Source: Bdellovibrionia bacterium (GTDB lineage Bacteria; Bdellovibrionota; UBA1018; JBILEK01). From it: a stretch of DNA of 64,000 bases. The notes beneath the pieces were generated by a model that did no database searches, was not told where the DNA came from, and saw only the letters and a list, made by a program, of their open reading frames with translations. The stretch's first letter is position 1. The number at the start of each line of letters is the position of its first letter. The stretch is from assembly GCA_044352155.1 (NCBI GenBank), contig JBILEK010000001.1, positions 27,516-91,515 on the forward strand, written 5' to 3'. Positions 1 to 17,282 of this stretch are shown piece after piece. Position numbers and translations under genes: made by a program.

Positions 1-2
1 TT

Positions 3-191
3 TTCTTCAAAGACTATAGAACCATGAGAGACGTAATTCGGAACTTGCCTCGATTTATCGAGGAGGTTTATAACCGAAAACGACTTCATTCGAGCTTGGG
101 CTATAAAACACCTGAGAGCTTCGAAAATGAGGTCTTGAAATTAAAACCCGCCGATCGTCCGATCCAGAGATTATGGGGCTGGGCTGTCTAA
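3..191 (+). mobile_element. 3' end of an IS3-family transposase OrfB (integrase-core C-terminus), truncated by the window edge
   Basis: Frame 3 translates to ...DYRTMRDVIRNLPRFIEEVYNRKRLHSSLGYKTPESFENEVLKLKPADRPIQRLWGWAV*. The YNxxRxHSSLGYxTPxxFE tail is the hallmark C-terminus of IS3/rve transposases. Confidence 0.6.
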
Positions 192-210
192 ATCAGGGGC
201 GCATTCCAGT

Positions 211-612
211 TTATGGTATCAATCCTTCTCTTGAGCGCCTGAGCTTGACCGTCGCTTTTGCCTTTGGAGTGAGTCTTTTAAAGAAAACTGAAGTGGGAGA
301 TACGACCCTCCAAAACGGAAATCCGAATCGAGTTCTTCCCGAAGCTACTTCGTTTTCAATGGCAATACGTAAGTACATGGAAGTGGTTACCGGACAGGCG
401 GTATCGGCCTTGAGTCTCTTTGCCAGCTCGCGCCTCAAGTCGAATAGTGACCAGTCAGTACCGCTCGGAACCGTCTTTACAATGCTGGCGATGAGTTGAG
501 GAGTTCCAATTGCCATTTTTTGACCACTTCGCATATCTGCAAAGTTTTTTTGGAGAACCTTTACTTTTGCTTCGTACGTTTTTTTCGACTTGTCGCCCGC
601 CATATCTTTCAC
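211..612 (-). CDS. hypothetical protein (133 aa) in the low-GC block; it may be a gene fragment fused to the IS end
   Basis: Open frame with AT-rich codon usage unlike the core genes. No family recognised. Its stop lies 20 bp from the IS3 OrfB stop. Confidence 0.3.
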   Translation of the reverse strand: MKDMAGDKSKKTYEAKVKVLQKNFADMRSGQKMAIGTPQLIASIVKTVPSGTDWSLFDLRRELAKRLKADTACPVTTSMYLRIAIENEVASGRTRFGFPFWRVVSPTSVFFKRLTPKAKATVKLRRSREGLIP

Positions 613-1097
613 TCCACCGCTTTCCTAAGATCATCGATATAGGTTTCAACTGATTCGCTCACATCAAAGAACAAATGAGACATCAGTTTAGGAAAAATCC
701 CTGAAACAACAACATGCTCAGAAAACTCTATTGTCGTTTCGCTATTTCCGTAAGCACTAAAAACTCCAGTCCAGTATCCGCCGAAGGAAGGATTGTCGAT
801 GATTTCAATCTCGAATCGGTTTGGAGCTGACTTGAGCCTAGTGCGAAACTTCAACTCGGGTCCCCGATGTGTCTTTTCGATCCAAATCTCTTTCCCAGGA
901 GAGGCATCCAAGATCTGGATCTGTTTGACGTGGCTTCGCCAGCGCTGATCTGAAAGATTAGTTACTACTGCGAAAACTTTATCGGGACTCGCCTTAATAA
1001 CAGCGGATTTCTTAGCCGATCTTTCGTTAGGCAAAAAAACAACCAAAAGTACAATGCCCGCAGTGAGAAGAGCTACAACCAACATTGCTGTCTTCAT
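609..1097 (-). CDS. membrane-anchored SRPBCC (START/Bet v1-like ligand-binding) family protein
   Basis: 162 aa with an N-terminal TM/signal (LLVVALLTAGIVLLVVF), then a polyketide-cyclase/SRPBCC-like fold pattern. Its start overlaps the AraC gene's stop by 4 bp (ATGA). GC is lower than the core genes. Confidence 0.55.
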   Translation of the reverse strand: MKTAMLVVALLTAGIVLLVVFLPNERSAKKSAVIKASPDKVFAVVTNLSDQRWRSHVKQIQILDASPGKEIWIEKTHRGPELKFRTRLKSAPNRFEIEIIDNPSFGGYWTGVFSAYGNSETTIEFSEHVVVSGIFPKLMSHLFFDVSESVETYIDDLRKAVE

Positions 1098-1978
1098 AGA
1101 AAAGCCCTTTGTAGTGGTAGATAAATCTCAGTAAGTAAGTCCCCAGCCCGTCGCACGGTCCTTGGATCGTTAACATAGATTTCAAACGGAAAAACGTCCG
1201 CCAACTGGTATCCCGAATTCGGTAGCCAGTTCCGATAGGCGGCATTCCAAGTTTGCCAAAGAGTGGCGTAACTACCTTGATGAGAAAACACCGCATACAA
1301 ACCTGGGCCCACTTGCAGGGTAGTAAGTCCATCAAAAGAACAATCTTCGGTCCGAGACCATTCAAAACCGCCAAAGTACTTCATCGACAAAGGATCTACC
1401 AAATCTGGATCGTCAAAGACTACGGCAGTGGCTCGGCCGATCGATTGATCAATACCGTGATGCCTTATCAATTCAAGAGTCCGAGAAAATGCTCTCTCGG
1501 CAGCCTTTTGGAAACTTCGGTTCTGATAGCCTCTTTCCATTACGCCAAGAATGACTTGGGACGCTCGAGATTCAATTCGATCGGGCATAAGGACGGTCTT
1601 GCTTGTTTCAGATTTCTGAGTCTTCCACAGAGAAAGCGATTCACTTTTCTGAAGGGTTGAAACCTTAGGAGTGATGGAGAAGCGCTTCTTAAATGCGCGC
1701 ACAAACGACGAAATTGAATCATAGCCAAGATTGCCAGCAATCTCAGAAAGTCCTGCCTTTGGGTCTTTTTGAAGCCGTGAGTAACCCGCACTTAATCGAA
1801 TTCTACGAATAAATCCCGCAATTGGTTCCCCAGAGTAAACCAAAAACAGACGGTGAAGGTGAAAAGGAGAAATTCCTGCATACCGAGAAAGCAGTTCAAG
1901 GGATAGCTTTTCCCCTGAATTCTTCTCAATAAAATCTACGACCTTATTGATTCTTCTCCGGTACTCTTCCTCAAACAT
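1094..1978 (-). CDS. AraC-family transcriptional regulator with a C-terminal GyrI-like effector-binding domain
   Basis: The N-terminal AraC HTH (LSLELLSRYAGISPFHLHRLF ... SISSFVRAFKKRFSITP) is followed by a roughly 150-aa GyrI-like domain. Confidence 0.8.
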   Translation of the reverse strand: MFEEEYRRRINKVVDFIEKNSGEKLSLELLSRYAGISPFHLHRLFLVYSGEPIAGFIRRIRLSAGYSRLQKDPKAGLSEIAGNLGYDSISSFVRAFKKRFSITPKVSTLQKSESLSLWKTQKSETSKTVLMPDRIESRASQVILGVMERGYQNRSFQKAAERAFSRTLELIRHHGIDQSIGRATAVVFDDPDLVDPLSMKYFGGFEWSRTEDCSFDGLTTLQVGPGLYAVFSHQGSYATLWQTWNAAYRNWLPNSGYQLADVFPFEIYVNDPRTVRRAGDLLTEIYLPLQRAFL

Positions 1979-2110
1979 GGCCCTCTAATTTTAGCATGTT
2001 TCACCCGCACCTGATGTGCAGCTCTTGCTAGGTCAACAACCCAAAGCCTTCCGGTCGACACATGTTCGCGAATGCAATGAGGAGCTGTGCACAGATCGGT
2101 CATTGCACCC

Positions 2111-2127
2111 GTGGTGCGGGCTGAGGG
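2111..2127 (-). repeat. 17-bp direct repeat of the tRNA-Val 3' end (gtggtgcgggctgaggg); att-like
   Basis: Identical 17-mer at 2111-2127 and at 2284-2300. The second copy is the 3' acceptor/T-arm end of tRNA-Val. Confidence 0.5.
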
Positions 2128-2228
2128 ACGAAAGCGCGCCAAAACACGAAGTGTTTTGATCGCGATGCGTGCGCGAGAGGACCGCGAGGCGAAGCCAAGC
2201 GGGCCTCGGAGCGCATCGATCCTCGAAT

Positions 2229-2283
2229 CCGTGCCCCAAACAAAAAGGTAGGCGCCCCATCTAGGGGTCTCCCTTTTTGTTTC
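2229..2283 (-). terminator. rho-independent terminator immediately downstream of tRNA-Val
   Basis: Inverted repeat aaacaaaaagg ... cctttttgttt (11-bp stem). It has an inner cccc/gggg stem and a U-run on the minus-strand transcript. Confidence 0.45.
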
Positions 2284-2284
2284 G

Positions 2285-2359
2285 TGGTGCGGGCTGAGGG
2301 GATCGAACCCCCGACCCACGCTGTGTAAAAGCGTTGCTCTACCGCTGAGCTAAGCCCGC
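2285..2359 (-). tRNA. tRNA-Val (anticodon TAC), CCA encoded
   Basis: The reverse complement GCGGGCTTAGCTCAGCGGTAGAGCAACGCTTTTACACAGCGTGGGTCGGGGGTTCGATCCCCTCAGCCCGCACCA folds as a cloverleaf. The anticodon loop is TTTACAC. Confidence 0.85.
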
Positions 2360-2361
2360 TC

Positions 2362-2400
2362 ACGAAAACGGGGCGCCTCCCAGAGTTTGAGAAGCGCCCC
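2362..2400 (-). terminator. rho-independent terminator after rpoC
   Basis: On the minus transcript: GGGGCGCttctcaaactctgggagGCGCCCC followed by GUUUUCG. Confidence 0.5.
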
Positions 2401-2414
2401 CGCAAAAAATTAAA

Positions 2415-6578
<4,164 letters not shown>

Positions 6579-6660
6579 CTGTCATCTCCAACCGGAGTTT
6601 TTAAAGCTCCGGATCGTCATCTTTTAAAAACCAATTCACTCTCTACTGCGAGATCAAGAA

Positions 6661-10818
<4,158 letters not shown>

Positions 10819-10844
10819 TTTCTCTCCTAGACGTTAAGGGCGGT

Positions 10845-10891
10845 CAAAAAAGGGCGACTCGAACCGAGGACGTACCTCGATCCGAGTCGCA
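10845..10891 (-). terminator. rplL-rpoB intergenic attenuator/terminator hairpin
   Basis: On the minus transcript: GCGACUCG gaucgagguacguccucgguu CGAGUCGC followed by CCUUUUUU. This is the classical position of the L7/L12-rpoB attenuator. Confidence 0.5.
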
Positions 10892-11032
10892 GATATTGAT
10901 TGGAAGTCGCTAATAAACCCATGATCCCCGCGTGACAGGGTGCACCTGTAAAGTACGGGTAAATGAGCACGAAAGTTGCTTCAAAGCAAATACTAAAAAG
11001 CAATTTTCAAAGCAGGTCAAAGACGAGGTCGC

Positions 11033-11416
11033 TTACTTGAGCTCGACCTTTGCGCCGACGGCTTCGAGCTTCTTCTTCATGCCTTCAGCGTCGTCCTTGC
11101 TTGCGCCTTCCTTCAAGGGCTTAGGAGCACCTTCAACGAGGTCCTTTGCTTCCTTGAGGCCCAAGCCCGTGATCTCACGGACGACCTTAATGACATCAAT
11201 CTTCTTGTCGCCTGCTGCTGCGAGGATGACGTTGAATTCCGTCTTCGCTTCTGCTGCAGGTGCTCCGCCTGCTGCGCCCGGCATCGCTGCCACTGCCATA
11301 GGGGCAGCAGCCGAAACACCGAACTTGGTCTCCAGGTCTTTCACGAGCTGAGAAAGCTCGAGGACGCTCATGTTTTCGATGAACGAAACAACGTCTTCTT
11401 TAGTTACGCTTGCCAT
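11033..11416 (-). CDS. rplL: 50S ribosomal protein L7/L12
   Basis: 127 aa with Ala-rich hinge and C-terminal domain [16 protein letters not shown]. Confidence 0.95.
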   Translation of the reverse strand: MASVTKEDVVSFIENMSVLELSQLVKDLETKFGVSAAAPMAVAAMPGAAGGAPAAEAKTEFNVILAAAGDKKIDVIKVVREITGLGLKEAKDLVEGAPKPLKEGASKDDAEGMKKKLEAVGAKVELK

Positions 11417-11499
11417 TTTCTACCTCTATTCCAATCAATTCGCCGTCTTGGCTGTAAAGTTGCCTAGGCCCCGTTCCATGGGACTTAGAATCAAAAAAA

Positions 11500-12030
11500 C
11501 TAGTTTCCTGCCTTTTTCTTCTCGATCGCCGATAGCACCGTCACCAGGCCACGCGGCACTGCTGCGAGTACGCTGACGAAGTTTCGCGCCGGCGCATTGA
11601 GCACACCCAAGAACATCGCCACCATGACTTCCTTGCTTGGGAGTTTTGCAAGAGCCTCAATATCGGCCGCTTGCATCTTCTTTAGACCCAAAAGGCTGTC
11701 TTTAAGCTTGAGCGCTTCATTGTCCTTAGCAAAGTTAAAGACCGCCTTAGCGACTGCGGAAGGATCTCCAAACGAGAACGCAACCATCGTTGGGCCAACT
11801 GTCCCATCCAGTACGGTGCGCACATCATCGGAGAAACCCTGTTTCACCGTGACGCGTGCGACGTTGTTCTTCAGGACACGGATCTTCCCGCCGCTATCTC
11901 GAACGAGCTTACGGACTTGGTCAGCTTGTGTCGCAGTTAGACCCTTGTAGTCCGCGAAAACAGATACGGTCGCCTTTTCCAGATCTTTCTTGAACGACTC
12001 GCCCCACTCTTTTTTCTCGGTGCTATTCAT
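11500..12030 (-). CDS. rplJ: 50S ribosomal protein L10
   Basis: 176 aa L10 family. It sits only 30 bp downstream of rplA. Confidence 0.95.
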   Translation of the reverse strand: MNSTEKKEWGESFKKDLEKATVSVFADYKGLTATQADQVRKLVRDSGGKIRVLKNNVARVTVKQGFSDDVRTVLDGTVGPTMVAFSFGDPSAVAKAVFNFAKDNEALKLKDSLLGLKKMQAADIEALAKLPSKEVMVAMFLGVLNAPARNFVSVLAAVPRGLVTVLSAIEKKKAGN

Positions 12031-12060
12031 AAAGTTTCCTGTCTCTCTTGAAAAACTCGC

Positions 12061-12810
12061 TTAGATCGCCGCAGACGCAGACGTTGCGTCCGAAGCATCG
12101 ATCATGATCCCAGGGCTCATCGTCGTAGAAAGCGTGATGCGCCTCATGTAAGTGCCCTTACTGGTCGGCGGCTTAGCCTTCACCACGGCTGCGGTTAGAG
12201 CGAGAAAATTCTCGCGCAACTTCTGCGCACCAAACGACTTCTTACCCAGATGGCAATGAACGATCCCAGCTTTTTCAGCGCGGTACTCAACTTTACCCTT
12301 TTTTTGCTCAGTGATCGCCTTGGTGACATCAACAGTGACGGTACCGAGCTTAGGGTTCGGCATAAGACCACGAGGCCCTAAGATCTTACCGATCTTGGAG
12401 ATGGGCACCATCATGTCCGGAGTTGCGATGAGCTTATCGAAGTCCATCCAGCCACCACCGATTTTCTCGATCAAATCATCGGCTCCAACGAAATCTGCGC
12501 CCGCGGCTTCTGCTTCGCGGGCCTTATCGCCCTTTGCGATGACTGCGATGCGCGCTGACTTCCCCACACCGTGAGGGAGAACGAGTGCACCACGGACCAT
12601 TTGATCCGACTGCTTAGGGTCGACCCCAAGAGAAAACGCGACATCCACGGTCTCATCAAATTTTGCGTAATGAACTTTCTCAAGAAGCTCGAACGCTTCT
12701 TTGACGGAGTAGATCTTGCCCGGCACGATCTGCTCGCGAGCCTTGCGGTACTTTTTGCCGTGATGACCCGGAATTTCTAGAGCGGACTTCTTCGCTGTTT
12801 CAGCAGCCAT
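12061..12810 (-). CDS. rplA: 50S ribosomal protein L1
   Basis: L1 family (GKKYRKAREQ..., MPNPKLGTVT). The ORF is about 15 aa longer at the N-terminus than typical L1. No alternative start was found. Confidence 0.9.
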   Translation of the reverse strand: MAAETAKKSALEIPGHHGKKYRKAREQIVPGKIYSVKEAFELLEKVHYAKFDETVDVAFSLGVDPKQSDQMVRGALVLPHGVGKSARIAVIAKGDKAREAEAAGADFVGADDLIEKIGGGWMDFDKLIATPDMMVPISKIGKILGPRGLMPNPKLGTVTVDVTKAITEQKKGKVEYRAEKAGIVHCHLGKKSFGAQKLRENFLALTAAVVKAKPPTSKGTYMRRITLSTTMSPGIMIDASDATSASAAI

Positions 12811-12874
12811 TTTTACCTCCGTGGTTCATGCGTCCCAGGTCAAACTGCCTGAAACTCCCACTTAAAAAACGTTT

Positions 12875-13300
12875 TTAATCGATGACGTCAATACCAGAGC
12901 TTCGCGCAGTCCCCATCACGGTACGCATCGCAGCCTCAACACTGCCAGCGTTAAGATCAGGCATCTTAATCTTTGCGATCTCTTCTACCTGTTTTTTGGT
13001 GACTTTTCCGACCTTCTTTTTGTTCGGCTCACCAGAACCTTTTTCAATTTTTGCGGCCTTAAGCAGCAGAATCGAAGCTGGAGGAGTCTTCGTGATGAAG
13101 GTGAAAGAGCGATCCGAATACACGGTGATAATCACCGGAATAATCATGCCCTTTTGGTCCTGTGTCTTGGCATTGAATGCCTTACAGAACTCCATAATAT
13201 TCACGCCGCGCTGACCGAGCGCCGGACCCACGGGAGGGGCCGGGTTCGCCTGCCCAGCGGGAATCTGCAACTTAATCTGACCTGTTACTTTCTTAGCCAT
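12875..13300 (-). CDS. rplK: 50S ribosomal protein L11
   Basis: 141 aa with [22 protein letters not shown]. Confidence 0.95.
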   Translation of the reverse strand: MAKKVTGQIKLQIPAGQANPAPPVGPALGQRGVNIMEFCKAFNAKTQDQKGMIIPVIITVYSDRSFTFITKTPPASILLLKAAKIEKGSGEPNKKKVGKVTKKQVEEIAKIKMPDLNAGSVEAAMRTVMGTARSSGIDVID

Positions 13301-13324
13301 GAATCGCCCTTACTACTGGAAGCG

Positions 13325-13915
13325 TTATACTTTTTCAACCTGAATAAAATCGAGCTCGACCGGAGTTGATCGACCAAAAATGCTGACCAGCACTTTGACC
13401 TTCCCCTTGTCCTGATTGACCTCTTCAACGACGCCGTTGAAGTTCGAGAATGGCCCATCGATCACACGGACGTTCTCGCCATCGCGGAACGAAACGCGCG
13501 GGCGCGGCTTTGCGGCCCCTTCAGCGATTCGATTGGTCATCTTTTGGACTTCGGACTCGGGTACAGGGACAGGCTTAAGTTTGTCGCCCACGAAGCCAGT
13601 GACCTTGGGGGTGTTCTTCACCACGTGCCAGGTCTCATCGTTCAAAATCATCTTCACGAGGATGTAGCCTGGGAAAAAGCGACGCTTGGTCGTGCGCTTC
13701 TGACCCTTGACTAGCTCCACGACGTTCTCTTCGGGGACGATGACCTCTGAGAAAAAAGCCTGCTTTTTTAACTGTTTAATGCGCTCTTCAAGAGCCGCTT
13801 TTGCCTTATTTTCGTATCCAGAGTAGGTGTGGACCACGTACCAGGCCAGATCTGCCGAACCGGTCGGTGACGGGCTTGGGGTCGTTTCTTCGCTAGTACC
13901 GTTTATTTCTGACAT
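13325..13915 (-). CDS. nusG: transcription termination/antitermination factor NusG
   Basis: 196 aa with WYVVHTYSGYENK NGN domain and a KOW domain (GRSTPVELDFIQVEKV). Confidence 0.95.
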   Translation of the reverse strand: MSEINGTSEETTPSPSPTGSADLAWYVVHTYSGYENKAKAALEERIKQLKKQAFFSEVIVPEENVVELVKGQKRTTKRRFFPGYILVKMILNDETWHVVKNTPKVTGFVGDKLKPVPVPESEVQKMTNRIAEGAAKPRPRVSFRDGENVRVIDGPFSNFNGVVEEVNQDKGKVKVLVSIFGRSTPVELDFIQVEKV

Positions 13916-13925
13916 CTCGTACTCC

Positions 13926-14312
13926 CTAGAACTTCACGACCATGGCTTTGCCAATAATCCAGGTCCAAAGGGCATCAAACGCGCCCAAAATGGATCCGGA
14001 GATCAGGACCATGATTAAAACGACAACCGTCGCTCGCGCAGTGTCCGAAGAGGTAGGCCAAGTGACACGGCTTAACTCTTCGACCACTTCATTAAAGAAA
14101 TTGTTCGCCTTCTCGTTCGCTTTCAAAATGAAAAAAAGAGCAAAACCAAGCACGACCGAGCCAATTCGAATGGCGAGGTCAATCTGCTTGAATTTCGCTT
14201 CCAAATCCCAAGCTCCAGAAATCCGAAACATCAGGGCAGAAATCACCCAAGCGAGAATCCCGCCCAGGGCGACATAAGTCAGATTTACCCACTTTTGATT
14301 CTGATTTTCCAT
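13926..14312 (-). CDS. secE: preprotein translocase subunit SecE
   Basis: The real start is taken as MENQNQKW at 14312. The longer six-frame ORF runs through tRNA-Trp. It has three TM segments and the conserved C-terminal helix. Confidence 0.85.
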   Translation of the reverse strand: MENQNQKWVNLTYVALGGILAWVISALMFRISGAWDLEAKFKQIDLAIRIGSVVLGFALFFILKANEKANNFFNEVVEELSRVTWPTSSDTARATVVVLIMVLISGSILGAFDALWTWIIGKAMVVKF

Positions 14313-14341
14313 TTCGCTTTTTAGGACCTTTCTTTCAATTT

Positions 14342-14417
14342 TGGCAGGGCAGGAGGGATTCGAACCCACAACCCGCGGATTTGGAATCCGCTGCTCTACC
14401 ATTCGAGCTACTGCCCT
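14342..14417 (-). tRNA. tRNA-Trp (anticodon CCA)
   Basis: Reverse complement AGGGCAGTAGCTCGAATGGTAGAGCAGCGGATTCCAAATCCGCGGGTTGTGGGTTCGAATCCCTCCTGCCCTGCCA. The anticodon loop is TTCCAAA. Confidence 0.85.
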
Positions 14418-14478
14418 ACCGGATTGAGGGCCCGGTGCTCCCCGATTTCTCGGAGGGCACCGGGTCATTCAATAAACG

Positions 14479-15669
14479 TTACTCAATAATCTCGGCAACA
14501 ACTCCTGCACCGACCGTGCGACCGCCTTCGCGGATCGCAAAGCGCAGCTCCTTCTCCATCGCGATCGGAGTGATGAGCTCGACTTCCATCTGGATGTTAT
14601 CGCCAGGCATCACCATCTCTACGTTCGCAGGCAGCGTAACCATGCCGGTCACGTCCGTCGTACGGAAGTAGAACTGAGGACGATAGCCCTTAAAGAACGG
14701 CGTGTGACGTCCGCCTTCTTCCTTCGTGAGAATATAGGCTGAACCCTTGAACTTCTTGTGCGGGAGAACAGAGCCCGGCTTACAAAGCACTTGGCCACGC
14801 TCGACTTCTTCCTTCTTCGTGCCGCGAAGAAGCGCTCCAACGTTGTCCCCTGCCTCACCGTAATCCAGAAGCTTGCGGAACATTTCAACGCCCGTGACCG
14901 TCGTCTTCGTCGTAGGACGAATGCCCACGATCTCGACTTCTTCACCGACCTTGATCACGCCACGCTCAATCCGGCCCGTGACGACCGTTCCACGACCCGA
15001 GATCGAGAACACGTCTTCCACCGGCATCAAGAACGGCTTGTCGGTCGCGCGCTGAGGTTGCGGAACATAAGCGTCCACTGCGTCCATGAGCGCGAGAATT
15101 GCCTTCTCGCCAAGCTCCCCTTGGTCGCCAGCCAAGCCCATCGTCGCAGAACCCTTCACGATCGGGATCTTATCTCCTGGGAATTGGTACTTCGTGAGAA
15201 GCTCACGCACTTCCATCTCAACGAGATCCAAAAGCTCCTTGTCGTCGACCATGTCGCACTTGTTTAAGAACACCACGATCGCAGGAACGCCCACTTGGCG
15301 AGCAAGCAAGATGTGCTCGCGCGTCTGTGGCATCGGACCGTCGGCTGCAGACACGACCAAGATCGCGCCGTCCATCTGTGCCGCACCCGTGATCATGTTC
15401 TTCACGTAGTCGGCGTGGCCCGGGCAATCAACGTGCGCGTAGTGGCGCTTGTCGGTCTCGTACTCCACGTGTGTGGTGTTGATCGTGATCCCGCGCTCTT
15501 TCTCTTCAGGTGCGTTGTCGATCTGATCGTATCCGCGCGCTTGCGCGAAACCCTTTTTCGCCAGCACCGTCGTGATTGCGGCCGTCAGCGTCGTCTTCCC
15601 GTGGTCAACGTGCCCGATCGTCCCAATGTTACAGTGCGGCTTTTTTCTTTCGAATTTCTCTTTCGACAT
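14479..15669 (-). CDS. tuf: elongation factor Tu
   Basis: 396 aa beginning [28 protein letters not shown]. Confidence 0.97.
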   Translation of the reverse strand: MSKEKFERKKPHCNIGTIGHVDHGKTTLTAAITTVLAKKGFAQARGYDQIDNAPEEKERGITINTTHVEYETDKRHYAHVDCPGHADYVKNMITGAAQMDGAILVVSAADGPMPQTREHILLARQVGVPAIVVFLNKCDMVDDKELLDLVEMEVRELLTKYQFPGDKIPIVKGSATMGLAGDQGELGEKAILALMDAVDAYVPQPQRATDKPFLMPVEDVFSISGRGTVVTGRIERGVIKVGEEVEIVGIRPTTKTTVTGVEMFRKLLDYGEAGDNVGALLRGTKKEEVERGQVLCKPGSVLPHKKFKGSAYILTKEEGGRHTPFFKGYRPQFYFRTTDVTGMVTLPANVEMVMPGDNIQMEVELITPIAMEKELRFAIREGGRTVGAGVVAEIIE

Positions 15670-15712
15670 TTCGACCTTTCGACCTTTCCTTGCTTTGTTA
15701 CTCGACTAAAAC

Positions 15713-15787
<75 letters not shown>

Positions 15788-15793
15788 GAATTG

Positions 15794-15870
15794 TGGAGCG
15801 GGAAAAGGGACTCGAACCCTCAACCCTCGGCTTGGAAAGCCGATGCTCTAGCCAATTGAGCTATTCCCGC
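15794..15870 (-). tRNA. tRNA-Gly (anticodon TCC)
   Basis: Reverse complement GCGGGAATAGCTCAATTGGCTAGAGCATCGGCTTTCCAAGCCGAGGGTTGAGGGTTCGAGTCCCTTTTCCCGCTCCA. Confidence 0.85.
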
Positions 15871-15953
15871 CCGCAAAAAACTCTCTCTAAAAATTTCCGC
15901 TCATTACCGAGCGATCGTTCTCCTTCGAAGAACCACGCTCTTCAAGAGAAAAC

Positions 15954-16039
15954 TGGTGGTGGGAGAAGGATTCGAACCTTCGAAGGCATACGCCGTCAGA
16001 TTTACAGTCTGATCCCTTTGGCCACTTGGGTATCCCACC
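15954..16039 (-). tRNA. tRNA-Tyr (anticodon GTA, long variable arm)
   Basis: Reverse complement GGTGGGATACCCAAGTGGCCAAAGGGATCAGACTGTAAATCTGACGGCGTATGCCTTCGAAGGTTCGAATCCTTCTCCCACCACCA. Confidence 0.85.
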
Positions 16040-16092
16040 GACAAACTTTTTAACGACTTTCTCCTCCGGAGTTTTGCTGGAAACCAGCAAAA

Positions 16093-16168
16093 TGGAGCTG
16101 GCAATCGGACTTGAACCGATGACCTGCTGATTACAAATCAGCTGCTCTACCAACTGAGCTATGCCAGC
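16093..16168 (-). tRNA. tRNA-Thr (anticodon TGT)
   Basis: Reverse complement GCTGGCATAGCTCAGTTGGTAGAGCAGCTGATTTGTAATCAGCAGGTCATCGGTTCAAGTCCGATTGCCAGCTCCA. Confidence 0.85.
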
Positions 16169-16302
16169 GAAAAGGGCGAACGAGCCCCTCCAACGAAAAA
16201 CGTCGTTGATGCGGTATTTTCAAATTCGGCCCGACTTGTCAATTGACTTTCCTGAAGGATCTTCGTGACTTATTGCATTAGTTTTCTTAGACTCACGTAG
16301 GA

Positions 16303-17277
16303 ATGCCCGCGCGCAAACCTGCCAAGCAAAAGCCTGTACTCATCGTTCAGCACACTCACTATGAGCACCCCGCGTCAATTCGGCGAGGTCTCGAAAGTCA
16401 GGGAATCCCCACCCTCGTAGCTCATGTCTACAAGGGCCATAAGCTCCCGGGAGTGAAAGAGATTTCGGGAATGATCTCGATGGGCGGGCCCATGTCGGTC
16501 AACGATGAGGATGAGCATGCATGGATCGCAAAGGAGTGTCGATTGCTGCGCTCGGCCATCACGGCGAAGCTTCCGGTCGTGGGCGTATGCTTAGGGGGGC
16601 AACTCATTGCGAAGTCACTGGGAGTGCAAGTCGGTCTCAATCCCCGTCCCGAAGTCGGCTGGCACAAGATCGAACTCAACTCCAAAGGACTCAAAGACCC
16701 GATCGTGAGCGTCGCGGGCCCGAGACCGACCGTTTATCACTGGCACCTGGAGAACTTCGAACTTCCGCCCGGAGCGGAGCTGCTCGCATCCTCTACCCAT
16801 TGCCCGAGGCAGGCGTACCGCATCGGCAAGAACGTGTACGGGTTTCAATTCCACCCCGAAGTCGACTCACAGCTCCTGGGCGAATGGTTTCTTGCCGAGG
16901 ACACCGAGGCAAGCATCCACACACTTCGAGACAAACACGGCGCAGAGAGCATCCAGACCGAGCACACGCAACGAAAGCACGCTGTGAAAGGCGAAGCCTC
17001 GAGCCTGAAGATCACGGCTGCAATCGGACAATTGTTTCGGCGCGAGGAGTACACGCCAGCGGATCGAGTCTTAAGCGAGCTTTTAACTCTCGCGCAGCAA
17101 AGACACGATCAACTTTGTTTAGAAATTATGGGCTCTTCAGGGAAACCTTTCCAACTGATTGGTAAGATCTATCATCAGATGCAGATCGATCATGGTGAGT
17201 TCGTGATTGTGCAGTCGTTTGACGGTATTTTATGGCCGATTCGGATGGACGATATCGCGGGAATCAGCTTTAGCTAA
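16303..17277 (+). CDS. class-I glutamine amidotransferase-like protein with a C-terminal domain of unknown function
   Basis: GATase1 nucleophile elbow GVCLGGQ and the HPE catalytic pair (FQFHPEVD). The last 120 aa or so are not recognisable. Confidence 0.65.
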   Translation: MPARKPAKQKPVLIVQHTHYEHPASIRRGLESQGIPTLVAHVYKGHKLPGVKEISGMISMGGPMSVNDEDEHAWIAKECRLLRSAITAKLPVVGVCLGGQLIAKSLGVQVGLNPRPEVGWHKIELNSKGLKDPIVSVAGPRPTVYHWHLENFELPPGAELLASSTHCPRQAYRIGKNVYGFQFHPEVDSQLLGEWFLAEDTEASIHTLRDKHGAESIQTEHTQRKHAVKGEASSLKITAAIGQLFRREEYTPADRVLSELLTLAQQRHDQLCLEIMGSSGKPFQLIGKIYHQMQIDHGEFVIVQSFDGILWPIRMDDIAGISFS

Positions 17278-17282
17278 AGATC

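Noticed and set aside
173-499. 108-aa plus-strand ORF overlapping the 211-612 minus ORF
   Set aside because: The two overlap almost completely. Neither has recognisable motifs. The minus ORF was kept at low confidence because it is longer and its codon usage fits the local low-GC block.
2111-2284. Possible tmRNA or second tRNA-like gene, because a tRNA-like 3' end (..cctcagcccgcacca) recurs
   Set aside because: It is only 174 nt long. No D/anticodon arms or tag-peptide reading frame can be drawn, and only the last 17 nt match. It is better explained as an att-type repeat plus a terminator hairpin.
13926-14468. 180-aa ORF extending secE upstream through tRNA-Trp
   Set aside because: The extension translates the tRNA-Trp gene (…VVGSNPS…). 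The real secE start is the internal MENQNQKW.
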